64,000 nt of DNA. Source: Octopus sinensis. Its lineage: Eukaryota. This document shows, piece after piece, positions 51,986-64,000 of the stretch. The DNA is taken from NCBI RefSeq assembly GCF_006345805.1, contig NC_043002.1, forward strand, positions 119,784,001 to 119,848,000, in the 5' to 3' direction. The position numbers and the translations under genes were made by a program. The notes under the pieces were generated by a model that did no database searches, was not told the DNA's origin, and saw only the letters and a program-made list of their open reading frames with translations. Within the stretch, counting starts at the first letter, position 1. Each line of letters begins with the position of its first letter.

Positions 51986-53059
51986 TAATCCAAACAAGAA
52001 AACACAGAAAAAAAGAGAAAAAAACACAGCAACGCAGGACGTGGAACAATTAAAGTATTATTGACGCTCAGGAAAGAAGGGAAGGAGGGTTTATATACAT
52101 ATGGAGAGTAGGGATATATAGATAGATAAATAGATACATAGATAGTATGTGCAAAAATCATATGTATGCAAAGAGGAAATAGTCGCACAGAGATATTACC
52201 ATAAGACCAGTTTCCTTCACCAGGAGGAAGATTTGGCAAAGCATTTCACATAGTAGTGCGTCAGATTTAAATGTTGAATGAGAGATGAGAAAGAAAAGGA
52301 GTAAGTCGCGGGGTGAGGGGGGATGTATGTGGCTTACCGAGGGAGGAGTGAAAGGCAATGAAAGAACAAGAAAAAATGCAAGGCGAAGGGAACGAGGGTG
52401 AGTCAGTAATGAGTGAATAGAGGTATAAGAGATAAACCAGAGGGAAGAAGGGGGAGGTATATTACGGCGAGTATGTTGAAATGAGGTGCAACTGGTGGTT
52501 GGCTGTGTCTCTAAGCAGACTTAAATAAATTAACGATGGCTATTGGCTATAGGGAAAGACAGGAAAAGTCGAGAAATGAAATAAAAGTACCTCTGTGTAT
52601 GTGTATGTGTGTGTATGTGTGTGGGTGTGTGTATGTATGTGCATGCATATAGAGAGAAACAAATTGAGAGAAAATGACAGAGAGTAGAGTAACATATTCT
52701 TTCATTTATTCAAATCTGGTTCTGTTTGATTCACATCTATGCCTTTCTTGATTGTTTTCTTCAGTCTCCCGACAACCGGAACCGCGAAACGCAGACTAAG
52801 CGTCGAATAAATATCATAATACATAATATTTCACTCTGCACTCGTATTAAGTGCTGCATTATTTTTGTTCGCGCGGCTAAATGTTGTACTTTATGCATGC
52901 ATACTTGTGTACCTGCGTGGGTGTTTATATTTGCGTCTCTGAGTTTATACAAGTACCGTAAACATAGACGCACATGAACTTATGATGTTGAATCTTCACT
53001 CGTTTTGACCGAGGCGCTTTATTGTTCTGAATGCACATAATGACATAACAACAAGAACT

Positions 53060-53265
53060 AGATGCAGCACGATTTTTGTCAGTGAACAGGTCGCAGATTT
53101 TAGCGACGAAAATATCTTGACAAATTAAACTTAAATGTTGAAGTGAATCGAACGGCTTTTGTGTGTTTCTTAAATGGCTTACAAACACCTTCCACGCTGC
53201 AATTGTTTTCGTTCCAGCACACGATCTCAGATCAAATCACTTGCTATGCAAGTACATCTCCGTAA
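53060..53265 (-). mobile_element. Interspersed repeat, same family as 18940-19345
   Basis: Seen: GTCAGTGAACAGGTCGC...CAGCACACGATCTCAGATCAAATCACTTGCTATGC. Confidence 0.8.
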
Positions 53266-53519
53266 ACAAGCATAGAAAGAAAACGGAATATTTATCACGT
53301 TGTCATGCAAGTCGTATAGATTATTCGGTGGTCATTCACCACCAGCCCCTCTTGACTTGAAGGTTGTAAATAAATTAACCACACAATATTTTTGTCATTC
53401 TGAACGGATAGTTTATAAATGGACCTGGAATACACGAAGATCCAAAGCAACCACTGAAATTAAATACTAGAACATTAGTAAACACTGGTTTCAAAGTTTT
53501 GGCATAATGCCAGCAGGTT

Positions 53520-53700
53520 CGGGGGAGGGGTAAGTCAATATATGGTCTCCAGTCCTCAACTGGTATTTATTTATCGATCCCAAACGGATGAAAAGAAAGT
53601 ACGACCTCCGCGGCATTTGAGCTCGGAAGGAAAGACTTGCAAAATGCCGCTAAAAATTTTGCCCAAATACTAACGATTCCATCAACTTGCAACCTTAAAC
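53520..53700 (-). mobile_element. SINE family B, diverged; another fragment at ~63045-63150
   Basis: Seen: TTTATCGATCCCAAACGGATGAAAAG...GGCATTTGAGCTC...AACGATTC. Confidence 0.65.
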
Positions 53701-53988
53701 ATTAGTAACTATTATCTTGAAAGTCATCTAGTTGTGAATATAAGTCGAGATGCGTAAATACCAGAAGAAATCCAGTACATTGACGCAGACGACCTTAGAC
53801 AGAACTATTTTAGTTCAACCAAGATATTTTATACTTGAGATTGCACAAGGAGTTTCAGGTATTCTTTAGTATACTTCACATATATATGAATTGAAGAAAC
53901 AGGGAGAATAGATCTCAAATATATCATATAAAAAATATAGAATTACGCCAAGTTATCATTGTGTGTACATGCCCGTGCTTTTCGTGCT

Positions 53989-54028
<40 letters not shown>

Positions 54029-54759
54029 TATAAAGAATCGATTTTTCACGCGAAAATACAAAAACAGCAAAAGCAATAGCAAAAGAAATATAACATATTT
54101 TGTTGCCAAGAAATATATTTCAAAGGTGATATACTATTGATCCTTTTGTTGTCCCCACAAACAGTTTGGCATGGTGTCAATCCTTTGTGAAAGTGTTATC
54201 TTGAAATTTCAACTAACGATCGATTATTGTTCAATAATCAATATCGTTTTATTTTTTCGTTTTGTTAACGCCCTAAAAATCATTCATTTATTCCCTTAAA
54301 ATACATGCTTTTATGAAACTGGGTGTAACAGTTCCAGTTTTGTGGATCTCATTATCTTTAAGCCTTTTTATGAATATTCCCACTGCCGTTACATCTGTGC
54401 CAGATGGTCGGCCGACTATAATCTTTGATACACCCTGAATCACATTAACATATGTCAACACATATTCATCGACAGTTTCAAGTTTCACTGCGTTAGTTAA
54501 GGCATAGAAGTAGGTGCTTTTAACATTAGTAGCGAGCTGCGTCCGATCAATTCTGATAAGTTTCAAACATGGCCGTACAGTTAAGAAGTTCGATCTGCAA
54601 CGACGGGGTTCTGAGTTAAACACCACTGAGAACCATCATTGGTGGGTATCGATCCTAACAAGAAGAATGAAATTTGTTTGAGAGAAAATCACAAGGGCTA
54701 CACTTTGTCATCTGCTTGAAGAAAAAAAAGTGATAAAAATTTGCAAAGAGACGCAGATG

Positions 54760-55105
54760 TCGGTGGGGCGTAAGAAGCTCGCGTACCCACCACATGGTTT
54801 CGTCCCAGTGGGTGGCACCTTGGCCAAGTGTCTTCTACTATAGCCTCGGTCCCACTAAAGCCTTGTGAGTGGATTTGGTAGATGGAAACTGAAAGAAGCC
54901 CGTGGTATATTCGTATATATATATATATTGTGTGCGTGTGTGTGTGTTTGTGTCCCCTGCATCGCTTGACAACCGATAGTGGTGTGTTTATATCACTGTA
55001 ACCTAGATGTTCGGCCAAAGAAACCACTAGAATAACTACTAGGCTTACAAACAATATGACTTGGGGTCAATTTCTTCGTCTAAAACCCTTTGAGGCGGTG
55101 CTCCA

Positions 55106-55108
<3 letters not shown>
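54760..55108 (+). mobile_element. SINE family A, diverged
   Basis: Seen: recognisable CORE-like and 3' segments. Confidence 0.82.
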
Positions 55109-55141
<33 letters not shown>

Positions 55142-55279
55142 CGTTTTGGGATTTGGTTTGCAAGATTCTTTATATGAGTTCGTGTGTTGAAGCATATTGT
55201 GTTGTGTCTGGGGAGAGACATTCTCTTTTAGTGCCTTATTATTTAACACACTCACCGGTAAAATTTTCCCTTATTTCTT

Positions 55280-56160
55280 ATTTTTATTTTCTAAAATTTT
55301 CGTTGCGTCAGTTTCAATCAGTGCTTGGCTAGAGAATTGTTTCAGCGAACTGAATATTGATATCTGGGTTTGCTATCTCCTCACGATGTTTTATCCAAAG
55401 CTGTAGGGGACTGCCAAGTTGATACATGTTCAGTTTAATTGCAAATAGGTTACGGAGATTCCTTGGAGAACACGATACTGATGCTTCAGTCAATGCAACG
55501 TTCCAATGCTCATCATTTTCTAAAAAAAAAACTTGTTAGTTGCATGCTTCCCTATAAGTTTCAAACATATGATCATTTACCTTCCTCGAATCTTGGTATG
55601 ATATGGTACAACGTACTTCATGCAAAAGGAGTAGTAACTAGTGGCATTCTTCTTGGCTTGGAGCGTCAGCCCATGCCCTCTTGTGTTATTTATTGTTTCG
55701 CCAGCTGTAATCCTTGGGTAATTGTGGGTAAAAGTGTTTACTTGCGTCTTCATCAATATATGGCACGCTTAAAAAGTCAGTAAGGTTTGTGTCTTTTGGA
55801 GAAAATGCTTGTTGCAAGGCTGTTTGTTTTGTAAACGTAACCCTGTGGCCATTCTCTAGATGGACACTCAGGATGAATGATGGTTGGGTACCTCTCAGGA
55901 ATGGGAAAATTGCAGATGCGCCAAAAAGCCTCATTGGTACTGGTGTATATTCCTCTATCATACTGTGCATCCTCGTCATTTTTATTTCTTTACTGACTGC
56001 TATTCTGCATAAGAGTGTATGTTGCAGCATCTAAAGCTTTGTTTATATATTTGCAAACATACTTAATAGGGTAAACGGAGTTGCGGAATTCAACATTGAC
56101 TCTGGGTAACTGCACTCCTCTTTGCTTCACGGTAGAATACTGATCGTTTACATCTACCCC
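55280..56160 (-). mobile_element. Helitron Rep/helicase coding remnant
   Basis: Seen: VNVEFRNSVYPIKYVCKYINK, LSVHLENGHRVTFT...P..TNLTDF, FETYREAC and LENDEHWNVALTEA...LRNLFAI, which are Helitron RepHel linker motifs. Frameshifted. Confidence 0.9.
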
Positions 56161-56465
56161 GAATCCTTTTGTAGAGAGTGAAATGTTTGTTCTTGTAAAG
56201 TTTTTCGAAAATTAAAATGGGGATTAAATGAAAAAAATGAGTTACGTGAATATCTTCACAAGAGTAATTGAAATAAATGGCGATTGCGAAACTCCATGCG
56301 CCTGCGCACACACGAACACACATACACAGTATCGAACAACAGATGAAATAGACTTGAGTGAGAGAGGGAGCGATAGAGAATGATTGTGTTGCCATATATA
56401 TGTACATACATAAATAAATATGCATACATCTTTTTTGCATGTATATGTGCGCGCGCGCGTATGTA

Positions 56466-56511
<46 letters not shown>

Positions 56512-56760
56512 TCAGTGTCATTTAGACATCACTCTCTCTTTCTCTCTCTCTCCCCCGTCAAAAGCACACATACATTCAAAAAAGATGTATGCATATGTGT
56601 TAATGCATGTACGTAAACATGACAACACCCCTTGACTGACGTTAACTCTCTCTCTCTCTCCCGCAATCCATCTATCTGTCTATCTCTCACAAACACACAG
56701 ACATACATAAATGTATACAAACGTACATACAAAAACACATGTGTGCGTGTGTGACTGACT

Positions 56761-56795
<35 letters not shown>

Positions 56796-57574
56796 AAGAG
56801 GGGAGAGAACACTGCAAACAATGAATGAAATAAACATGAAATGAAAAAATATATAAATCTTGTACCGAATATTTAAATTTGTGAATTTAGTAAATATTTC
56901 TTTCAGTAATTTATCGTAGTTGTTTGGAAATAGCGAATTAAAACTTGAAATGAAGGCATTAAAATAGAGAGTGAGATGTTTTGCAAATGAAAACGGAAAA
57001 TTTCGCCGTTGCTGCGTCAATACCGGAAGTTGACATTAAGAAACCTTTTTAAAGAACTGAATCATATATAGAAACCACTATTATATGTTTTTGATAAAAA
57101 ACATAAAGTGAAGACCCTATTATGTGTCTGAAAAGCGTGAAAAGCGAACACACACACACGCAGGTCTATTTTATATAAGAAGATATATAATGCATCAGGA
57201 TTTGAGCGAATCAGGCACTTAAACGTTAACGTACCGAGTCGAAAAATATGTACCGAGTCGAAAATAAAATGTATAACAACAAAAATAGAGAAATGCATGC
57301 ACGGGTACTGCAATATAGGCAGAACGATATTCAGATGATGTATTCGATTAACTGTACCCGACTGAGTATATCATGAGTCCTGTGGCTAAACAGGGAACGC
57401 ACATTGCGCTAAATGTACGGTCATATAATATACTTTGGATCTACGTAAGGTGTAGGTTCTGAGTGACGTGAATAATAAATAAATAAATGACAACAGATGG
57501 ATATTGTGTCAGTCCACACACACACACACACTCACACATACATACATACATAAGTATATTTGCACATGCCCTAC

Positions 57575-57641
57575 CGTCTGACATCTTGAACACATATTTA
57601 TTTCCTGCTGTCCCGGGCTGACCCATTCTTCGTAACTGAAC
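57575..57641 (-). CDS. Weak candidate exon, phase-compatible with 44300-44390
   Basis: Seen: TTTCCGTTCGTTCAG acceptor, weak GTAGGG donor, VQLRRMGQPGTAGNKYVFKMSD. Confidence 0.2.
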
Positions 57642-58367
57642 CTGAACGAACGGAAACGTTACAGAAGACCTCAGGGTAATTTGTATTTGTCACACACGTT
57701 GTGTTACGACCAGTTTAGCTTCAGGATTACATTAAGAATCGGAGAGATACTCAGCCAGTTACACGTTAATTCAGAAGTAGGCTATCCAGTTAACAGAACA
57801 ACTGCGTCATCATTTTCGGACTACAGAGAACCACGGTCGACATATATTGATTCGGTTCTTGCATGTGTTTGGCAATAAATTTTTTCAGAAATTTTAGTCA
57901 TTTTCTTGTATTTTTGTAGAGTCATATTTTACAGTTTTCTACTTCAAAACTAGTTCCATTTTTAGATATTAATTGTCGTAATCGATAATCGGTTCACTAA
58001 TCACGTCTCTGTTTTATATTCAACAATGTAATGCAGTTAAACATTTTATAAATTACATGTACATTTTACTATGTAATCACCACACCCTCGATACTGTAAT
58101 GAAATAAAGAGCCAAGATAGAAGGGACTCTACAAGAATTATAGCATTTCGTCTGCTTTAGTTCAGAATTGTAATCTTAACAGAGCTGACTTTAGAAGTTA
58201 CTTCCTCGTGGTTTATAGAAATAAATAAGGGTAAAACCCTATCATTGAGATACAAAGGTGAAAGGGATTGATTGTGTAGTCATGCTGTGTCAGCTGTCTG
58301 AATATATTATCGAAAATAATGTAATTCTTGTATCATTGCACAACATCTTGTATCATTGCACAACATA

Positions 58368-58532
58368 GGCGCAGGAGTGACTGTGTGGTAAGTAGCTTGC
58401 TAACCAACCACCTGGTTTCGGGTTCAGTCCTACTGCGTGGCATCTTGGGCAAGTGTCTTCTGCTATAACCCCGGGCCGACCAATGCCTTGTGAGTGGATT
58501 TGGTAGACGGAAACTGAAAGAAGCCTGTCGTA

Positions 58533-58577
<45 letters not shown>

Positions 58578-58800
58578 CTGTGTTTGTGTGTCTGTGTTTG
58601 TCCCTCTAGCATTGCTTGACAACCAATGCTGGTGTGTTTACGTCCCCGTCACTTAGCGGTTCGGCAAAAGAGACCGATAGAATAAGTACTGGGCTTGCAG
58701 AAAATAAGTCCCGGGGTCGAGTTGCTCGATTAAAGTCGGTGCTCCAGCATGGCCGCAGTCAAATGACTGAAACAAGTAAAAGAGAGAGTAAAGAGAGAGT
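58368..58800 (+). mobile_element. SINE family A, full-length
   Basis: Seen: matches the family consensus; preceded by a 20-bp tandem duplication (58326-58365). Confidence 0.92.
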
Positions 58801-59029
58801 ATCCCATTTTCGATCTCAGCCAAAAACTGCATTCAGAAATTCTGCTAGAAATAATGCCCTAATTCCCGTGAATGACACCCCCATTACACTTAAAATGAAA
58901 TGACGCAGATAAAGTTTTCTGGGTCGCATTTTAACGAACAGCAGGAAAGACAATTTATCATTGGTCTGTTCTATCAGGTCAGAACTAAACATTATTAAAA
59001 GCAACAACAGTAAGTGTAGTGCATCTGAG

Positions 59030-59281
59030 CTAACTTCTTTCCTTTTACTTGTTTCGTTCATTGGACTGCAGCCATGCTTGGGCCCCACCTTGAAGGGTTT
59101 TAGTCAAAGAAATCATCCGCAGGACTTAATTTCTTAAGTCTAGAACTTATACCGCCTGTCTCTCTTGCCGATTCACTAAGTAACAGGGACGTAAACCAAC
59201 ACTGGTTGTCAAGCGGGATGGGGACAGATACACACACGCACATAAACACATGAACGCGCGCAGACATACATACGCACACAA

Positions 59282-59323
<42 letters not shown>

Positions 59324-59475
59324 GAGACGGGCCTCTTTCAGTTTCCGTCTACCAAATCAACTCATAAGGCTTTGATCGGCCCGAGCCTATAATAGAAGAC
59401 ATTTGTTCAATGTACTAGGCAGTGGGACGGAACCCGGAACCATCTGGTTGAGAAGCAAATTTCTTACCACAGAGC
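59030..59475 (-). mobile_element. SINE family A, diverged; further fragments at 50755-50865 (+) and 60225-60300 (-)
   Basis: Seen: partial matches. Confidence 0.8.
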
Positions 59476-60461
59476 TACGGTTGTTCTTTATTGTCTCCGT
59501 TCAGCCACCGTCTGTTAAATAAGGCTTTGACGACCCAGGGCTATAGTAGAAGACAACCGGAATTCCTGCGATAAAATTCTGCCGTTGACGATTCTAACTT
59601 AAATGTAGCAAGAGTCGACGAATAAAGTAAATGTCATATTCTTGGAAGGGTTCAATGCAAAATAAAAACTTGCTTCTGTGAAATTGACCTTTCATCTCGC
59701 CAAAAGAAATGAATACAAGTCTAACAATATGGTTTCCAAGAGCAGAAGAGCATGCCAAATCTTTAATTAGTTCCTTCTGAAATGAAGATAATTTGGTGAG
59801 TGGCATAGATATTCTCTTTTCGTTACTCCCAAGAAACCTGGAATAGTGTGTGTTTGATGATAACCTTCTGTTCATTGGGTATTCTCTAGCTTTCCATTCA
59901 CATCTACACTGGCAGTATCTGTTTTCTCTCTACGGTCCATATTTAGATGAAACTGAACTTGACCGTTAAACAGAATGTCACTGATGATTAGCGCAACGTT
60001 ACATTGTCTCTTTTTCTCTCAGCAACTCTACACTCTTGCAGCAATTATGAAACTTTTAAGTACTTCTCTTTTCTCCTTGCTGCCGTCTTATCTCTTTATT
60101 TTTGTTTTGTCTTACATGATTATTTGCTTTGTATTTTTCTGCTTCATTATTCCCTCTCTTTCTTATTTTCTATTCTTTCTTTCCTTTATTACTTCGTATT
60201 TTTTCCTTTCTTTCTTTATCTTTTATCTTTCACTTGTTTCAATCATTCGACTGCAGCTATGCTTGAGCACCGCCTACAGGGGTTTTAGTGAAACAAATCC
60301 ATCAGACTCTGCTCATTTTTTCCGTCAAATAGAGCCTACAAATTAATATAGATTTTCAATTTTTGAAAAATGTCGAAATTTGACGAAAAATGTTTCATGG
60401 CTATAAACAGACATCTAATTAACGGTAATTTTTTTTTACCGAGAAACGCAGCTAATATATT

Positions 60462-60492
<31 letters not shown>

Positions 60493-61519
60493 ATACGTAT
60501 AGAGTGTTTGAAGTGATGTACAGATACTGTATCTATCTATCCTTTCCCCATCCTTTATTATTTTTTCCTTCTTTCTTGATTGCCCTGAAACCTCTCTCTC
60601 TCTCTCTCTCTCTGTCTATTTCCTCCTCTTTTATTTTCTTCCCCCCACCCCACAAAAAAACAAACATATTTTTCTCCGCTTCTAAACAAAGCAAAAAAAA
60701 CCCACCTGATTCATGTAAATGAACAACGAATCGTTTTCTTTGTAACATTCTGATTTTGTCTTGGCGAGTTCGATAAACAAACGAAAACGCAAACGCAAAT
60801 AAGGAATTATCCAGAATTGTGACTGCCTCCTTTTTCTCAATATATATATGTGTATGTGTGTGTGTGGTGTGTGTGTGTGTGTGTGTTGTATGTGTGTGTG
60901 TATGTGTGTGTGTGTGTGCGTGTATGTGTGTGTGTATGTGTGTTTATGTGTGTGTGTGTATGTGTGTGTATGTGTGTGTGGTGTGTGTGTGTGTGTGTGT
61001 GCGTGTATGTGTGTGTGTGTGTGTGTATACGTATAGAGTGTTTGAAGTGATGTACAGATACTGTATCTATCTATCCTTTCCCCATCCTTTATTATTTTTT
61101 CCTTCTTTCTTGATTGCCCTGAAACCTCTCTCTCTCTCTCTCTCTCTGTCTATTTCCTCCTCTTTTATTTTCTTCCCCCCACCCCACAAAAAAACAAACA
61201 TATTTTTCTCCGCTTCTAAACAAAGCAAAAAAAACCCACCTGATTCATGTAAATGAACAACGAATCGTTTTCTTTGTAACATTCTGATTTTGTCTTGGCG
61301 AGTTCGATAAACAAACGAAAACGCAAACGCAAATAAGGAATTATCCAGAATTGTGACTGCCTCCTTTTTCTCAATATATATATGTGTATGTGTGCGTGTT
61401 TGTGTGTGTGTGTGTGTGTGCGTGTATGTGTGTGTGTGTGTATGTGTGTGTGTGTGTATGTGTGTGTGTGTGTGTATGTGTGTGTGTATGTGTGTTTATG
61501 TGTGTGTGTGTATGTGTGT

Positions 61520-61557
<38 letters not shown>

Positions 61558-61574
61558 TGTGTGTGTGTGTGTGT
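60493..61574. repeat. 534-bp tandem duplication bounded by (TG)n
   Basis: Seen: unique parts 60493-60850 and 61027-61384 appear identical, each followed by a (TG)n/(TGTA) array. Confidence 0.95.
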
Positions 61575-61876
61575 AACCTTCGATATGTACCGACGGCACA
61601 TATGGTTGTAGTTAGTCAGTCTGGGCTTTTATTCTTTCTGCAGTCCGGTATGTTTATGTATATTTTTTATGACGGTCACTCTGAAGGCGAGTGAAGTAGA
61701 CTTCATCAGAACGCAACGGTTGCTATTCGCCTGTGTTTGTCATAAGTGGTACGCATCCCGCCGCAACTCTCCAGTTTAATGAAGTTATTCAAACTATACG
61801 TATTTTACTTTGTCTGAGTCTAGTGATAGTGTTTTTAGGCTGGTATAGTAGTTGTGTGGTAGAATGTGGATAAGTG

Positions 61877-61984
61877 TGTGTTCGCATGTCGAGGTAAATG
61901 TATCTTAACTCGACATGCGAACACAAGGAGTTTGTCTGCTTAGCTCCTTGTGTTCGCATGTCGAGGTAAATTTAACTTAACTCG
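61877..61984. repeat. Forward/inverted/forward triplet of a 17-bp motif
   Basis: Seen: TGTGTTCGCATGTCGAG at 61877-61893 and 61949-61965, reverse complement at 61909-61925. Confidence 0.92.
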
Positions 61985-64000
61985 TATATTTAGTTAATAG
62001 AAAATGTAAGTTTAACGTTGTTGAAGTTCTGAGCATACATTTTCAAAGTTATCAGATTCAAAGAACTTAAATCAAACAACTTCCTTAAGTTGTATAGAAA
62101 ATGTAACAAATGATAGAAAATGCATAAAAGTAAGAAACAAGTTTTACAGTAAACGAGGTAGAATCTACGACTCATACAGTAATGTTATAGATAGTAAGTT
62201 TACGACTAATCTTACATTTCGAACTATAGTTTAATCATATTGAATTTACTCTTATCAATGGTATTTTATACTAACGGAAACGGGATCAACTAAAAGCTAA
62301 ATTTATAGTTGATATCTTAAAAGAAAAAAAAACCAGGCTATTCTTAATCAACGAAGTAACGGGTTACTGAACCTCCGTGATTCCCCTGGTGTAGAGGCAG
62401 CAAAGGTCTTCAGAGGTCAAGTATTTAAATGGATATTTATCCGTTGTGTAACGGAGAAAAATGTAATGGATTCAGAAAAACAAAGAAATGGAGAGAAACA
62501 AGGAAGAGAATGTGCTCTGTTGAAAGTTCTTTTAATGACTGCAAGGAACACAACTAGATGGAATATTCTGATATTTCTTGACCTTCTATTGGATTTTCCG
62601 CTCTTATTTAAAACCATTTTAATGTAAGCGGTATATGTAAGTCGAAAAAGAAAATCTTGGAAACTTATTTTCTTTCCGAAACACGCCTATTGATTTTACT
62701 AATGGCTTGATACCAAACTATTGATTAAAAATCCATCTTTTATTTTATACCTGTCATATAGGTCTTCATTACTCTCGTGTTATATTTGAAACTAAAATAG
62801 TTGAAACATAGTTCAACGAAAAATACAAATAGCACAATAGTTCAGTAAAGATTATCTGGAACCACCAATTCTCAGAAATTTGGTGGTCGTCTCCGGAAAT
62901 TTTTAATCATGTCAGTAATATTAATTGTGGTATCACATATACTATAATTAGCTTTTCATTATTCCTTTGCTGTGTTGAATAGTTAGATTTGAAAGGAATA
63001 AGGAAATGTTTATTTTACTATTAAATCTGAGCAGATGAAATGCAAGGTTGACCCCGTCGAAATTTAAACTCGGCTCGTGGAAATCCGGGACAAATACCGC
63101 AAGGTATTCCATGCAACGCTCTAGTGGGTTTGCCAGTTCGTTGCTTTAGTTAAAAAGTCAATGTGTAATTACTCTTCGATGATATTCATTAATAATATGA
63201 AAACTGATAAACTAATCTGATAAGCATATACTAATTCTGCAGAATGGTTTAATGAATCTAAAACATTTTCCCTTTACAACATCGATCAATATTGCTCTCT
63301 GGAATTTCAAAAATATTTCACTGTTGTCTTTTAACTCATCCATATCTTATATGGCCCAGAAACCCTTTCTGCTCATTAGCAACAGTCTACTAGATGTCAC
63401 TCACAAGCAGACAACTACGCAATAGACAATGTATTCTATTCTTTCAGTGACGCGCAGTATTTTACATTGATCAACACCCAACATACACCTGAACTTTAAA
63501 CAAATAGGAATACAATTCACCTCAATGAAACTTGACGGGGATTCCTCGATTTTCACATTGTTTACAACGAGCCCAAACTATCATAAGCCTATTGTATGAC
63601 CGTACTATGTTTTTTCTGCTGATACAAGATACCTGACGTTTTTCGAATTTTTTGGAACCTATGGGACCTCCCCTACATTCATATGATTCACTCACCCATC
63701 CTTTCTCATGCGCCTCTTCAGTATTGACGTTTTCAGATCTCAAATTACTGCAGCCCCTTGATTATAAAGGATTTGGTGCTAATCACTTCGATGAAAAATT
63801 CAAACTGAAGATAATGCGGTGCACTGAACATCTCTTATCATGTTGCTCTTCTCCGTTTGCAGAATCGTTGGTATGTCGGGCAATATGTCTTCCGAACCAT
63901 TTTTGTCTGATGTCGAAATCTGAAGAAGCCAATTCTCCTTTTATACTTGGATTGATAAAAAAGATACCAGTAATGTACAGTGTCAATAAAAGCGATTATA

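Noticed and set aside
54288-54657. 112-aa minus-strand ORF behind a strong acceptor
   Set aside because: An in-frame TGA lies between the acceptor and the ORF, and no domain is recognisable.
56990-57030. ETS-like CCGGAAGT motif (also at ~32413) as a promoter
   Set aside because: Single short motifs with no TSS evidence; expected by chance.

Overview
AT-rich, microsatellite-saturated eukaryotic DNA. It is most likely an Octopus genome, inferred from the recurring tRNA-derived SINE families and the (TA)n/(CATA)n/(TATC)n load; this was not database-checked. No complete, confidently identified host gene is present, and most ORF-track entries are microsatellite translations. Supported content: (1) a near full-length Penelope-like element (PLE) at 5521-10256 with ~430-bp pseudo-LTRs, RT and C-terminal GIY-YIG, each pLTR carrying a minimal type I hammerhead ribozyme (HHR) with a U3:A8 core instead of C3:G8; (2) further (TA)n-embedded elements with HHR-like motifs whose core reads CCGANGA (U4C), one of them inside a perfect 92-bp-arm palindrome; (3) truncated LINEs, including a Tx1/L1-type 3' end inside (TATC)n, a Dong/R4-type 3' end inside (TAA)n and a HERO/NeSL-type remnant; (4) mariner, Helitron and Helentron-type remnants; (5) about 30 SINE copies from at least 3 families; (6) a processed SVIP pseudogene at ~4195-4428; (7) three microsatellite-bounded tandem duplications and many fold-back structures; (8) several low-confidence candidate exons on both strands. 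The most promising lead is the set of non-canonical hammerhead cores shared across independent PLE-derived families.
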